Source: Spirogloea muscicola (taxonomy: Eukaryota). From it: 57,522 nt of DNA. The notes below the pieces were generated by a model that was given only the letters and a program-made list of their open reading frames with translations, was not told the DNA's origin and searched no databases. Position numbers and translations under genes: made by a program. This document shows positions 24,419-40,217 of this stretch, piece after piece. The stretch is from contig WELB01000002.1 of assembly GCA_009602725.1 (NCBI GenBank), forward strand, positions 644,980 to 702,501, given 5' to 3'. Each line of letters starts with the position of its first letter. Within the stretch, counting starts at the first letter, position 1.

Positions 24419-25050
24419 CAGGCCGCCCGCCGTACTGCCTCATCCAATACTTTGGATTAGAATTGATCCAGCCATGACATGTAGTCTGACTACCAGCCCG
24501 TGTCGTGCATTGTAACAGCTCATGACAGACTCATGCACGGTGACCCATGCCACCATGATGGACATGTATTACTTTTGTCAGCATGGCACCTGCCATGCTG
24601 ACAAAACGTCCTACTGGCAGCACTGCATTCGCTTGCTTTCCAGAGTGCTTTGCACTGTCCGATCCCTTCTGACCTTGTCCATTCTTCTTCTGGGCTGGCC
24701 GTGTACAGCCATCGCCCCCTTTTTATCACTTCGTTAATGGACTAATCGAGTTGCTGCTCCCAATGGAGGATGTTGCTGGATCAGGCTCGTCCAAGAGCAA
24801 GCAGCTGATAGTCCGCAGAGGGAGAGAGCAGTCCAGATGAGCATGACACTGGGAGCTCTCATAGTCATCTAAACCTAGAAATTCCTGAGATGGGTGGAAT
24901 AAGTCGTGGAAGTTGAGGTCTCCAGTAACTAAGGACCACGTACTCAGTGAAAGCAACAAGTTAGAGCAGCAAATGTGGTGGTAGCCGACTCAGCCTTCTG
25001 GTGAAGTGTTATTGAGTGCATCCTGCTGTTTAGTGGACATCTGCAAGCAG

Positions 25051-28000
25051 TTAGCTGCTTGTATGCTCGTTAAATAACTCCATGGTCAGGTTGGCTGTGA
25101 ATGCCGGGATGCACTTGAACCTCAATAAGAAAGTTGTCACCTGCACGGACACCAAGCAGATAGAATAACATCGAAGAGGAATCAATATCTGCCGAAAAGC
25201 CATACTGACAGGTGACAAATTCATCAAAAGAGCCTGCTGTTGGCGCCATGTTATCAGATTGCAGTTTACACTGGAATACCTTCAATCAACGTGCCACATC
25301 TTTCAGATAATCAAGCTCCGATTAGCAACATGAAGCAGAGCCCGCAGGAACAGGACGAGCAGCAAAAGACCACACCTGGCGCTGAATCTTCACTGATTTG
25401 GTGTACGGTGTCTCCTGCAAGTTGCCAAGAAAGAAAAACATCAGGAGGACGCTTTACCAAGAAAACATGGAAATCTTTACACAGATCTTCTGACTTCTGC
25501 ATGCAAGTCTACGGGGGGTGTAACCCAATGCCTTAATGTGCTGCTTGTTGAGATGAGAACCGGTCACAAGCATTGCTGCTTTTGTCAAATATTGGTGCAA
25601 GCTCAGTGCTTTCAAGCTGGCCTCACTTGCTCCCGCAAGGGGGGCATCGGTTCAACTTAGTACTAGATTTTGCATCACAGCTTACCAATGTCACTGCAAG
25701 ATGTACCAACGAAAAGCTCTAGGAATAGGGGAAGCAAACATCTTCTTAGGATGTGGATTCATTGGCAACCTTTTTTTTGTCCAGGGACTCGGGGACTAGG
25801 CTTCAAGGACTTACTACAATCTCATGCTGCCCATTGGCATGCTGGAATTGCAAAAAGTCAGCATCTGCTTCAGCAAACATAGATCGGAGCTTAAACACCG
25901 TCACAGGAAGCCCTGTCCGGTTGTCCATGGCTTCCTCCATGTCTACCTGATCACACAAGGCATTCCCACTGCTCAGTTCACGGTGTATCCAGGGTCCAGG
26001 TGCTCATGCTGCTGAAAGAAAGTAGCTCAGGTGAAGCTCAACAATGAAAACCAACTCGAGCAGGTACATAACCTGCTAGTTCATTGCTCCACTGCACTCC
26101 ACCCAACAATATTTCCATTGTAGAAGCTGTGCACCTTAAGGCTTGACAACATCAACTTCTTTCCCAGAAGGCCCACCTTGTAACCAAAGAGATGGTAGCA
26201 GGCCTCTCTGAAGATGCTTATTCTCTCTGCAAAAATCTCTTTGTATCTGGAAGAAAGTGCAAGGACATGGCCAAGGTGTCATGAGAGTGGACTGTGCAGT
26301 GCCCATTTGTACACACAGGCTGATTGAGCTGCTTCTGTACTAAACTTCGCAGCCCTGTGGGCTAAGCAAAGGCAAAGGATTCAGCAGCACTTATTGTCCT
26401 AGTTCTGCTGTGAGATAATTGGCGCCTCGTTACCTGGCCACCTTCTTTTCCAAGCCAGCAATTTGGTCCAGCAGTGCTGCTGTGGTGTCATCGCTGCTGT
26501 GATCTCTACTGATCCCTGATAAAGCCAGGAGCAAATATGGTCATGAAGCTGACAGCTTCTCCGAGCAGCAATGCAAGCTCTTCTACGATATGTCTGAACT
26601 TGTAAGGATAAGAGGCTCTTCTTGACTTTCACACATAAAGGACATGTTGGATAATCAACTAGTGTTCTTTCAGCAAGCATTGACAGCAGCACCATTGGCC
26701 AACTTGGGTACCTGAGATTCACAATACCTGTCGCTGCAGACTTCTGCCCTTCCTCCAAGACAGGTACCCTTTCCTGAGAGACAGCCACCTCTGCTTCCTT
26801 TCCCTTAATTATTGCTTGCTGTTGCGCCTCACGCTCCACGTTCTTCACCAGGTGAAGCACCTTCGTCGTCGCCCGGTTGTAATCTCCCCTTCCCAACTAC
26901 GCAACCCGCTGACATGAGCATGTGCTTGACTTGGTCGGCTTCAATCCAAATGACCACAACAATTAATCGCTGCCCAAAGTTTCATATTTTCTTAGATACA
27001 TTTTCTATAAGTGTGCCTCACTTAAGAGCAGCAATGAAAGAGGTTTGCTTGCTAACCTTCTCTTCCAGTATGCCAAGCTCTTGCTGCAGCTGCTCCCTCT
27101 CCTTATCTGCTGTCCTGAGCGCCTGCCGTGAACTTTGCAACTCCTCTTTCAGTCTATCAACATCCACCTGACCGCTCCTGAGCTTCTGCTCAAGAGCACT
27201 TACTGCCTGCTCCAGCTGCTGGGCATTCTCGTGTGCCCCGGCAAGGGCTAGCTCAAGCTCCTGCACGTCAAGAAGTGCATGCCTTAGAGAGCACACTGAT
27301 TGCTCCACAATTGATAATGGCAATGGTGATCAAAGGCACATTCTACATCCAGGAAGACAGAAGGGTATGAAGCAAGTTGTTGAAGCGAGCAAGGTTTCAG
27401 ACCTCCAACCGCTGGTCTTTGGCCTTGTCTGGCGTTGCGTAAGCAGGCTCTCCCTCCCTTCTCTGCTTCACTATGACAGCCTCTTCTTCATCGTAACTGG
27501 CCAGAATTGCCTTCAGACTATCTCTCTCCTTTGTGAGCAATGCTATCTGCATGCAGCAATATCTCACAAAATGACATATCAGCAATCTAACGATAATTCA
27601 GCTCCATCTGACCTTAGTAGATTCATCTCAAATGAGCTGGTATAATCTTCGACTCCAGCTTTCAGCTATCATGTCAATCAGACCTATGAATATCTAAGCA
27701 TCAAAGCTCAGACATGTGTGGCCGGGTCAGCAAGCTGTACATGCAACCCCATCATCCTCAGCAGAAAGCTGCACTTAACGAAACCCTTCCACGTACCTTC
27801 CTCTCAGCACGCTTGAGTGTCATGTCGGTGTTTAATGCGTCAGCCTCAAGTGAAGCAGTATGGGCCTGGGCGCTGCTGTAGGCATCCTCAGCAATTACCA
27901 ATGCCGTACATAATTGTGCAATCTCAGCAGAGAGCTCCCCGTGCTTGGCAACTGCTCCAATCATCTCTCTGCATGATCACAAGAACCTCTAATTTCATAT

Positions 28001-30552
28001 ACTGCCTCCAGAGGTAGCAAAGACGATTAAGCACGAGCAGGTGAAAGCTTAAACGGGAACAAAGAACATTCCATCACTGATCACTAATCTGATCACTCAC
28101 TAATCACTCACTTTTGCAAATCTGAAAATCTTGACAGCAAGTCTTCGCGACCCATCACCCCGGGGATCCGCCCTGCAGCTTCCTCCCACTTCAGTAACTC
28201 TGCCTCGAGGCGCTTCGCCCTCTGCTGGTGCTCGTCCAGCTCCTCCAGCGCAGCTTCCGCCCGCTGAGCTCTCTGCTTCTCACTCTCCACCTTTTCTCTT
28301 AGCAGCTCGGCGTTGGACCACTGCTCCTTCAAGCTTCTGGCTCCTTCCACTTCCTCTGACTGCAAGCATCATGTGGAGCCTCGAGATGGATCCAAAAGTC
28401 ATGTCATCCTTCTTCACCAACTTGTCATCATTCTCTTTCAGTGCAGGTGGTTTTCGTAAGCCAACTATAGGATTGCAGCCCTGATTGTGGATGCTAAGCC
28501 CGCACGCTTTCACAAGCATCATGAATATCCTCCAAGAGTGCTATAGACTTCTAGCTCTAGCTGCATGCTGGTGGGCCATGACCGGAAAGGCGCACCATGC
28601 TTGCAAGCTCCAAGCGCAGCTGCTTCACAAGAACGTCGGACCCTGCTTCTGTTGCTCTGCTTGACTGGATTACCAGACAATTTGCAAGCTGGTGCTCCAA
28701 CCCTTGCCTTGTCCGGAGGCCCTGCTTGTCCACAAGAAGAGATTGAGTCTTAGCCAAGAGAGCATTGAAATATGAAGCTGCAACGAACATCAGACAAGTG
28801 GATGGTAATCTGGATAACTAACACATTACACTTTGATCAATCAGCTCCTCTATGAGAGTCCAAAAGTTCCTCCTTTGAGGTATAAACCTCACTGGAGGAA
28901 CTTATGCTTGTCCATGGCACCCAAGAATGACAACTGTTGCCTCGGACATGAATCATGATAACTCTGAAGAGCACAAGTAGATATGTCACCTCGGCCAGCT
29001 CCTGCTGCAGGCGGAGCACTTCGTGCTCCAGAGCCACGAGCTCGTCCGCACCTGCATCGGCTCTGTCGTTTGCAGCTTGAAGCTGCAACAAGGGAGCAGG
29101 GGTCATTGAAATGCTCAAGCATCTGCAGCTCTGACTTACAATACGTTTGCAGCTCAAAGGCTGCTCTGGTAGGAACGACTAGAAGGATGCACAAGCACGT
29201 GCAGCTTGAGAGTTAAAGACAGGAGTAGATGAGCACTTCGTGACATTACACCACATTTTTCCGCCTGCGCAACTGAATGAGAGTCTAGCCTGCTGTACAG
29301 CATATGAGGCCACTTTAGTTCCAGGATGCGCTCACCTCCATTTCCAGCATGGAGATGCGCGAGGCCGAGTCGGCCTGCACTCGTCCATGGTCCTCTTCTG
29401 CCCGAGCCAACTTCCTCGCCATTGCTTCGACCGCAGCGCTGAGGCTCGTCTCTGCAGCAGCAGCGCGGGCCTCAGCCTGCGCTTCCGCCGCCTCTGCCTC
29501 TGCTCTCAGCCGCATCTCCTTCTGGAGACTGGCCTGCAGACAAACCAACACCAGCACCACTGAGCCTCTGCCGCCATGGTCAACGCCACAGAGCACGTCA
29601 AGCGCCCACAACAAGCTCCAATGTCAACACATTAAGCACAATGTCTTCAGCAATGATGCACTCCCTTTCGAATCAGGAACACTTAAGGCCAAAGTTTTAC
29701 GGTATGAACCCTAAACCTTAACCCTTAACATAAGATCTTTGGTAGATTTCGGCGTAGAGCCAGACCTGCAGGCCAGATGCCCGTCTCATCTCCTGCCGGA
29801 GCTCCTCCCCGGCCTTGCCCGCCTCCAGCGCCTGCCGCTCGTGCAGCGCCGCCTCACGCGCCGCCGCGCCGGCCAAGGCCTGCTCCAGCCGCTCCACCTT
29901 CTGCAGCAGCGCCCTCCGCTGGCTCTCTGCCAATGAATACACCGCCGCAACCGCATCAGCTTCAGTCCACGCCAGCCTATGCTTGCTCATACTTACGGCA
30001 GACACATGTTTCACTTAACAAATTCTTATGTTCCTCCCATCTACAAGTTGCAAGACTATACACATTACCATTCGAGCTTAGTCAGTAAGAGCTCCCTGAC
30101 ATTGGGGCTCGTTGTTGGCAAAGCAGGCGGCCGAACCGGAGCCTCACCGCTGGTGGCGAGTGTGGCGGAGAGGCGGCCCGACGCTTCCCGGAGCGCCGCC
30201 GCCTCCGCCTCGCGGCTGGCCAGGTCCTCGAGCACCCGCGCCTTCACCTGCTCTCAGCTCGTTCCGCCGCCGGTCAGCCCCGCCAAGGAGCGGCCCGGCG
30301 GCCACCCTGAGGTTCAGGGTTCAAGTCTCGAGCTCAGAGGTGGACTAGCGCCGCACCATGTTGCGGCATCGGTACGTGCAACGCAGCGAGGCCCAGCCGT
30401 CGTCGCCGCCGTCGTCGTCTCCTCCGCCGCCGGCGATGGCGGCGAGGTGGAGCCCGGGGCCGCCCTCGAAGGGGCTCAGCTGCACCGTGGCGTCGTCGTC
30501 CCCGCCGCCGCCGACGCCGCCGCCGTCGGAGCGNCGCGGCGGCGGCCGCCAT
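25051..30552 (-). CDS. MAD1: Mitotic spindle checkpoint protein MAD1, multi-exon
   Basis: N-terminal LRCTYRCRNM; long coiled coil; LGRGDYNRATTKVLHL; KEIFAERISIFREACYHLFGYK; VTVFKLRSMFA; C-terminal CIPAFTANLTMELFN..TAA at 25051. A single N at 30534 breaks the exon 1 frame. Confidence 0.9.
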
Positions 30553-30664
30553 GGCCCGCGGAGGGGGCGAGCGGGCGACTCGAGGTGAGCAGACGGAAAT
30601 CAAGGAGCTCGAGACCTTTACCACTTCTGTACATTCCTCTTCTGGGAACGACTATTCCAGTAGA

Positions 30665-30868
30665 AAAATCTCGTGTATTTGAAACAAACGAAGGCCAAAT
30701 GGCCAAGTACGAAGGCAAGCACATCTAGAGACCTTCATAACCTACAGCAGATTGACCCGCTCAGTAACCATGGGTCAAAACTTAAAGGTCGCTAATCGAT
30801 GCCTGAATACTAGGTGTCAGATACGAAACCCTTCTGCCACCAACTAGAGCTCGCCCGGCTTCCTGGCC
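30665..30868 (-). mobile_element. RLE-LINE 3' fragment (ORF end plus UTR)
   Basis: Reverse complement is homologous to about 11295-11495 (..IQASISDL.VLTHGY* then UTR). Confidence 0.75.
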
Positions 30869-30940
30869 GCGCTTTCCCTCCTGCTCACCGCGCTTTGCCA
30901 GCCCCTCTTTCTCTATGGGCGAGCCTTCTTCTTCTTCTTA

Positions 30941-31056
30941 TGTTTTGACCCGTGGTTATTGAGCGGGTCAATCTGCTGTAGGTTCTGTAGATTTTTAGAT
31001 GTGCTTGCCTTTGTACCTGGCCATTTGGCCTACATTTCTTTCTAATACACGATCTC
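30941..31056 (+). mobile_element. RLE-LINE 3' tail with candidate 11-bp TSD tcttcttctta
   Basis: Direct repeats at 30930-30940 and 31057-31067 (low complexity). Confidence 0.7.
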
Positions 31057-31404
31057 TCTTCTTCTTAGGCCCCTCTGAACCTTTGTGAATTCTTTTTGGG
31101 CTGGCTTTTCGCAGCCCTTGCCCCCATTGGGAGTGCCACTTCTTCTTCTTTCTGGTGCAAAGCATTAGCCTGAGCACGCTGCGAACAGGCCGAAACTCGT
31201 CGTCAAGAAGAAGGGCTCGCCCATTGAGGATAGTGGCTGGAAAAGCCAGCCCGTCGCAAGAACGACAGATTTGCAGCTGGTAAGCCTATCTCAGCCGGGA
31301 ACACATCTGCAGTAGAGGGCGATGGCTGTGAGTGCCAGCCCAGAAAATGAATGGACGAAGGTCGAAGGGGCCTTTGGGCTGGCCTCTCACAGCCATTGCC
31401 TTAC

Positions 31405-31784
31405 TTCGGCAGTTGAACCCTTTGGCTGCATGGGTCCTCGTTTCCATACCCTTGACATCAACGCAAGTCTAGGATATGCACGACGTGAAAATGTGCTTCT
31501 AGACAGAACGAGCATGCCGGCAGCCCATCTGTCATTTTTGCTACTTCAGTGCGTCAGCCTCTTTTACAGCGAGCTCAGGCTCATGCTTTGCACCAGAAAG
31601 CCGGTCGAGCCTTAGCTGGTGGCACAAGAGCTTGTCAAACGCTGTCCGGCATTCGGGCATCAGTTAGCGACCTCTATGTGCTGACTCGTGATTACTGAGC
31701 TGGTCAGCTTAACAGCAGGTGATGTACATCTGTTGATATGCTTGCCTTTGTACTGGGCCACTCAGGCCCTCCACATAGTACACA
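31405..31784 (+). mobile_element. Degenerate 5'-truncated RLE-LINE copy inserted in module A, TSD ccttac
   Basis: Homologous to about 11100-11495 (FGCMGPRFHTL, SLGYARRE); ccttac at 31399-31404 and 31785-31790. Confidence 0.8.
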
Positions 31785-32230
31785 CCTTACATTGGAAGAG
31801 ATGTTTCCTTCACCGTTTTGTTCCTGGGCTGGCAAATCACAGCCATCGCCCTCTACTGAAAGAGACTCTTAACCTTGAATTTGCTTTTCTGGCCCCTTCG
31901 AACATTGGTCAATTCCTTGTTCTGGGCTGCGGAGGCGGAGGACATTGCCATTGGCGTGGCCGCCCTTTTTGTCCTTCAATAACCAAACAAGGATCATCAA
32001 GCGCTCGGTCTGACAGAACTTGTTTAGCTTTCAGATAAATTCAAACAAATGGTGCTCATTAATAAGTCAACTTGGCCTCTGCGCAAAATTGGACATAAGC
32101 AAAAAGTGTATGACCAGCTTTCGTCTACCACTTGATTTCCTAGCTCTGTGCCTCATTCACTGTGGCTCGTGCGACCAGCTTGGCTACATGCAATGGGCTC
32201 CCTATTGCTGACAGGTGCGCTGCCACTTAG

Positions 32231-34955
<2,725 letters not shown>

Positions 34956-37542
34956 CGGCGGCGGCGGCGCGCCCGCGCAGGTGCCTGCCGGCGAGAATGC
35001 CGCCGCTGCCTCCGCCGGGCGGCGCGGCGATCTGAACCTGTGACCTCCAATTTGGGAAATTCTGACGGCGGGGGCTGGCGCGCGCCTTGGCAGCAGACCG
35101 CCGCCGCCGGTGGCGGCAGCCTCAAAGCCCAGAAGCTCGCCGGGGGCCGAGGCCCGGCGACCGGCGGCAATGGCGGTGGCAGCCCCGCCCCGTCGCGGAC
35201 GCCAACGCCGCCAGCGCCGCCGCAGCCAGCCGCAACGTGGGCGCCCACCAAGGTCGAGCCCAGTCTCCTGCTCAGCGCCCAATTCCCTTTCATTGGAAGT
35301 TGGATCGAAATTGGGATTGGAATTGGCTACATGTTAAGTACATAGCTTGTGGCTAGATCTGATATACATTTGTCAATGTGCTTGCCCTCTGTATTTGGCC
35401 ACTCAGGCCCTCCATCGCTCAATACACATTCCACTCTAGGAGATCTGTGCTGGAGTTGCTCGGTTCAGGCCCAGTGACGTGATCATGCATGGACGCTTGC
35501 AGCCAGCGTGGACGCCGCCGCCGGCACAGGCCGCCCGCCAGCGCGACCTCTTTGCCGACCTCCTTGGCGGGGCTGCAATCCGATCGCCCTCGGGCCCCAT
35601 GGCCCGTGCCAAGGCCCCGTCGAGCAATGGCGCCGCTACTCTGGCCAGCGCCGCCAATGGCAGCCGTGATGGCAGCGGCGGCATCGTTGGCGAAGATGCC
35701 CTGGACCTGGATACCCTGTCTCAGGACCTTCCGGCCAAACCCACTCCGCTGAATAGGCCACAGGCAGCGGCGACTGCAACGCCGCCGGCCCCCTCCAAGG
35801 ATCCCTTTGCCGCCTTCAGCAACGCTGGCCCCCAAGTATGCTGCGCTCGCTGCGGGTTGCCCACCTCCTCCTCCTTGCTTTGCGTCGCCCATTACATCTC
35901 CTCCCCTGAGGCTGGCTCTCTCTGTCAGCGCCGGGCTTGCACAGCCCGAGCAAACCCAACGCCAGGCTGCACAGAAAAGCTCTTTGAACACGTGTTTGTT
36001 GGCAAAAACAGCTGTTCCGATCTCAATCTGTTACATATTGCATCACTTAGCTCAACTTTGAGCCTTTGTATATGGACGCATCGTTGAAGACTTTATGCTG
36101 TTCTAGTGACCAAGCTAGAAGTCATGCCCCTCCATTGGGTGGCGCGTCTCAGGTGAACCGCGGCTCTGTTGCTGGCAGCGAAAGGAGGGCCGACGACTTT
36201 GCGAGCTTCACGAAGGCTGCCGCATCACCTTCAGCTGCAGCCGAGAGCGATGGTGTTAACTGGTTCGAGGCAGCAGACGTCAGCAGTGTCCCTGCGGCCA
36301 GCCTGCTGTCCCCACCTACCAGCCGCGAGCCGGCAGGGCCTGCGGCGGCCGTGGATCCGTTTGCAGCCTCCGGCAACCTCTTTGACAATGGCTTCCATCA
36401 GCCTGAGGCTTTGGTGAACAACTTCAGCTCGGTGGAGGACATCTTTGGCACTTCTTTCCCAGCAGCAGTACCGACAACCGCAGCAACAGGGAGCAACATC
36501 TCTGCAGTAGCGGCACCGGCTAACCTCGACGATCTATTCACAGGCACCAGTAGTGGCGCTCCAGTGGTGGACCCTTTTGTTGACGCCTTTGGTGCTGCGG
36601 CCGTCAGCCGTGTGAGGCCCAGGGCCGCTGCCACCACCATCGATCCCCTAGAGGCGCTGCTCATGGGCACCAGTGGCAACAGCGCAGCTGGCAACTCCCT
36701 GGCAGGTCATACGACAGCGACGAAAACGACGGTGGTTGCTGCAGAAGACTGGGGCGACTTTGCGGGCACGGCCGATGGTACCATGCACGAGCTGGAGGGC
36801 CTGCCGCCGCCGCCGGTAGGCCTGGTGGCTGGCGTAGCGTCGGCGCGGGGCATAGAGCTGCACCGCGCTGGCCAGTTTGCGGATGCCATCAAGTGGCTCA
36901 TCTGGGCAGCAGAGCTTGCTCGGCGAGGGGGTGACAGCGGCAGCGTACTCAAGGACGCCCTTGTCTGTCGTGCGGCCTGCTACAAAGAGGCCGGTGAGCT
37001 GAAGAAGGCCGTCGCCGACTGCTCTGAGGTGCGCCGCGAGCTCGAGACCATTAGTCATATCCTATCTAATGTGAAGGCTCTTCGGCTGTAGAAGAGGTTA
37101 ACATTCAGCAACTTTATAGCTGATGAAGGTGCAGTATGCTCGCCAATAAGTAGGCGCACTCAGTCATTCCCTTTGCATTCAGTGCAGGGTAGATACTTTA
37201 AGGTGCTCTTTGCTTACTTCCTTGCCTATCTGTTGTCACTCATATGTGTCTCACTAGGCCTGGTCTAGTGTACCATAGTCGTTACCACGGTTGCTGATTG
37301 CTTGTGAATGTGTATATGTAGCTTGATGACCAGTTTTGCTCTCCCCTTGCAAGCGAGCTCAGGTCCTGGAGATGGACCCCGGGAATGTGGCGGTTTTGAT
37401 GCAACGTGCCATCTTGTACGAAACCATGGAGAAATACAAGCTCGGTGTTGTGGACCTCCAGGAGGTGACGCGCCGGGACCCCAGCAACCGGTCAGCTGGC
37501 GCCATCCTGGCGCGCCTCAACCGTGCCGTCCGGAATGGATGA
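34956..37542 (+). CDS. TPR protein with a long disordered DPF/DLF-rich N-terminus; start in the gap
   Basis: Exons about 34956-35251, about 35503-35835, 36153-37028, 37363-37542. ELEGLPPPP..GQFADAIKWL.W..RAACYKEAGELKKAVADC..QRAILYETMEKYKLG; from memory this resembles the Arabidopsis At3g16760-type family. Confidence 0.85.
35362..35440 (+). mobile_element. RLE-LINE 3' tail copy in a TPR-gene intron, 7-bp TSD agatctg
   Basis: agatctg at 35355-35361 and 35441-35447 flank aatgtgcttgcc..tttggccactcaggccc..aatacac. Confidence 0.7.
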
Positions 37543-38733
37543 CGGTTTAAGCAAGCTCTGCCCCTAGTGCCGTTGACGTGGCTGGCGCTACAGGTTGTGA
37601 TTGCGTGGAGTGTTTACTTCATCTCCAGCTTACAGTGATGCCTGCCCATAAGGGACGGCGTCAAAGTGACTTCCGGTTTCGGTGCTGCACATACTATAAA
37701 GTCTGGGAGGAGAAGCTGCAACCCTCGGCCTTGCTCGCTTCTGAGAATTGATTGCCTTTGGCATGCTTCGATGTCTGGAAGGCAACAAGATCTTGGCCAA
37801 CAATGCCTCTTGTTGCTAAACGAGAGGAAGTCTGTTATGTGAGCCATTGCGGAGGGCGGCCTGACATTGTGCTCTCAAGCAGAGGTGCTGGGACTGCCAA
37901 AGCGCGATGTCAGGTATCGTGTGATGCTGTTGAATCTGGGCTTTGCAAGGGCATGTGAGCAGCCACTGCGTCTACTTGGCTCAAGTGCGTGACTTGGAAA
38001 CCACGCGGCAGCTCATCTAGGCATGCACGCTGTAGCATTGGGCCGTTTCGAGTATGGCCAGGAAAGGTGAGGGCGTGGCCGTCGGTTCATCTGAACTGCA
38101 TATATGCAAGTATCTGCAACATCACGGGCTCACTGGATCTTCCTGCGAGCTGGGGCTGCTAAATGTTGCTCAAGAAGGAGCCAACTTTCTGAACTAAGCA
38201 GAGAAATATTTAAGTGTCAAGGTTCAAACTGCATCAATGTAGTGAAGCTCTTGAGATAAGAATGGTGCCAATAACGTGAATTGTGAGGCTCAGATTACTG
38301 TGTTACAAACACGTTAAGTTGACAGCAGGACAAGCGAAGTGCTTAGAAGGATCAAGAATGAGGCGGCTTATGAGCTCGCTGACCATGTCAAGGGGCAGAA
38401 GCTGCGGTATGGGTTGGCGTGGTTTTGCGCAATGAAGCGCGCAGCAAAAGCCACGTTCGAGGAGTGTGCTGGAGGACGGGAGCGAGCAGGGAGAGGTGCG
38501 GCCTTTGGGCGGCAGCCATCAACGGTGCAGCAATTGTCGCCTCATCATAGAGATCTTTACTGTTTTGGAAGGGGTCTTGGACGATGTCCAGCGAACCCTG
38601 CTAACCTCTCACTCTATCTCTTCTTGCACTTCGCTCTTTGCTCTTCGATTCCCCTTACCCTGGCACCTAGGTGCTCAGCGTGCAGATCCGCCAGTAGCGA
38701 CAGAGAGTTTGCCAAGTATCAGACGGCCTTAAA

Positions 38734-38939
38734 TGTGACAGACTCTTCCAGTAGCTCTACCATAGCATCTTCCGACCCCTTTGTAGCTGCTCAATGCTTT
38801 TTCGGCCCCTTCGAATCTTTGTCACTCTTTTCTGGGCTGGCTTTTTGCAGCCCTTGCCCCATTGGGAGTGCCACTTCTTCTTCCAGTAGAGGGCGATGGC
38901 TGTGACTGGCCAGCCCAGACAATAAGAATGCACAAAGTT
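38734..38939 (-). mobile_element. Module A retroposon (10-bp TSD cggccttaaa) containing nested module B (38755-38878, + strand, 11-bp TSD tcttccagtag)
   Basis: TSDs at 38724-38733/38940-38949 and 38744-38754/38879-38889. Confidence 0.75.
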
Positions 38940-39074
38940 CGGCCTTAAAGGGGTCTGATGTCTCTTGGGCTGGCCGTCCTCAGTCGGGAGGCTCTTGGCG
39001 TGGTGGCTAATCAATTGCATGTTTGGGTTGCAAATGATGCAGAAAGAAGTGCGTTATCGCGATATCAACCTTCC

Positions 39075-39092
39075 GTGTGTGTGTGTTTGTGT

Positions 39093-39160
<68 letters not shown>
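39075..39160. repeat. (GT)n microsatellite
   Basis: About 40 GT units. Confidence 0.98.
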
Positions 39161-39161
<1 letters not shown>

Positions 39162-39202
39162 ATAGTCACTTAGCTCGGGCTGTGCTTCTGTGTATCTTGC
39201 AG

Positions 39203-39753
39203 CAAAGGCCTTGTAGGAGACGTCGTACAAAAAGTCCGTGATCTCACGGCCAATGTGACTGGAGTGAGAGACTGGAGCCTTTATGAGCCTGAGTTGCAGC
39301 TGGTGCGCTACGAGGAGCATGAGCAGTACAAAGCTCACTTTGACAGAAATTCTGCCGCATCACACTCAGCACTTGCGACCGTGCTCATCTATCTGAATGA
39401 TGACTACTGTGGAGGGCAGACTCAATTTCCAGCTATCGACCTCGTTGTGACACCTGTGAAGGGTGAGTACGAGTCACCATTTACTGTCTCATGCAAGACA
39501 GCCTTGCAAGCAAGTATAGTCGGAAGACTTACGAAAGACATCTATATACTGGACTAAGAAAGATTGGACATGCTGAAAGCTTGGACATGCTGTCAGCGTC
39601 TGACTTACAATTTTTCCTGCAGGTAAGGCCGTTGTATGGAGAACCCAATTTGACAAGGCAGGGAAGCCTGACAAGAAGGCAGAGCATGCTGGTCTGCCAG
39701 TGACATGTGGAAAGAAATACATATTAACGCAGTGGGTGGACTTGCCTGTCTAA
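39203..39753 (+). CDS. Prolyl-4-hydroxylase-like 2OG-Fe(II) oxygenase, last two exons; upstream exons unresolved (about 38340-38720)
   Basis: LQLVRY..QYKAHFD (HxD)..ATVLIYLND...GGQTQFP; intron 39463-39622; EHAGLPVTCGKKYILTQW then stop at 39753. Confidence 0.8.
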
Positions 39754-40217
39754 GTCGCAGACAAGGATTCGGGTCTCAGAAGGACGACATGCCTTCTGTG
39801 AACCGCCAGCTGGCACTACCAGCTTCCTCTTGTACATCAGTATAGTACTTGAAGAAGCAATGACGGGAAGGAAATACCGTCCAGTCAATGGACTAACCTG
39901 AGATTGAATATTTCCATATGATACACGATAGACTCAATCACTGACAACATAGTTACAACATGCTAGGCTGCATCTGCTGGTTGGAAAGCACTATTTCTGG
40001 TCGACACATGGTAGCTCCAGTGCAAAATGTGGATTTGGTGAAGTCATCACTCCACGTTCCCTTCTCTTATCTGGCAGTTGCCGACTCCTATTGTGCAAGG
40101 GCTTCTGCCTTGTTGTGTACGCAGTGACCGCATGAGACAGCAGCCTGCTGACCAAAGCGAACACTTGGTCTCATCCACAACTGTCCGCAGGCGAGCAGTG
40201 CAGCAATTTGGAAAGGA

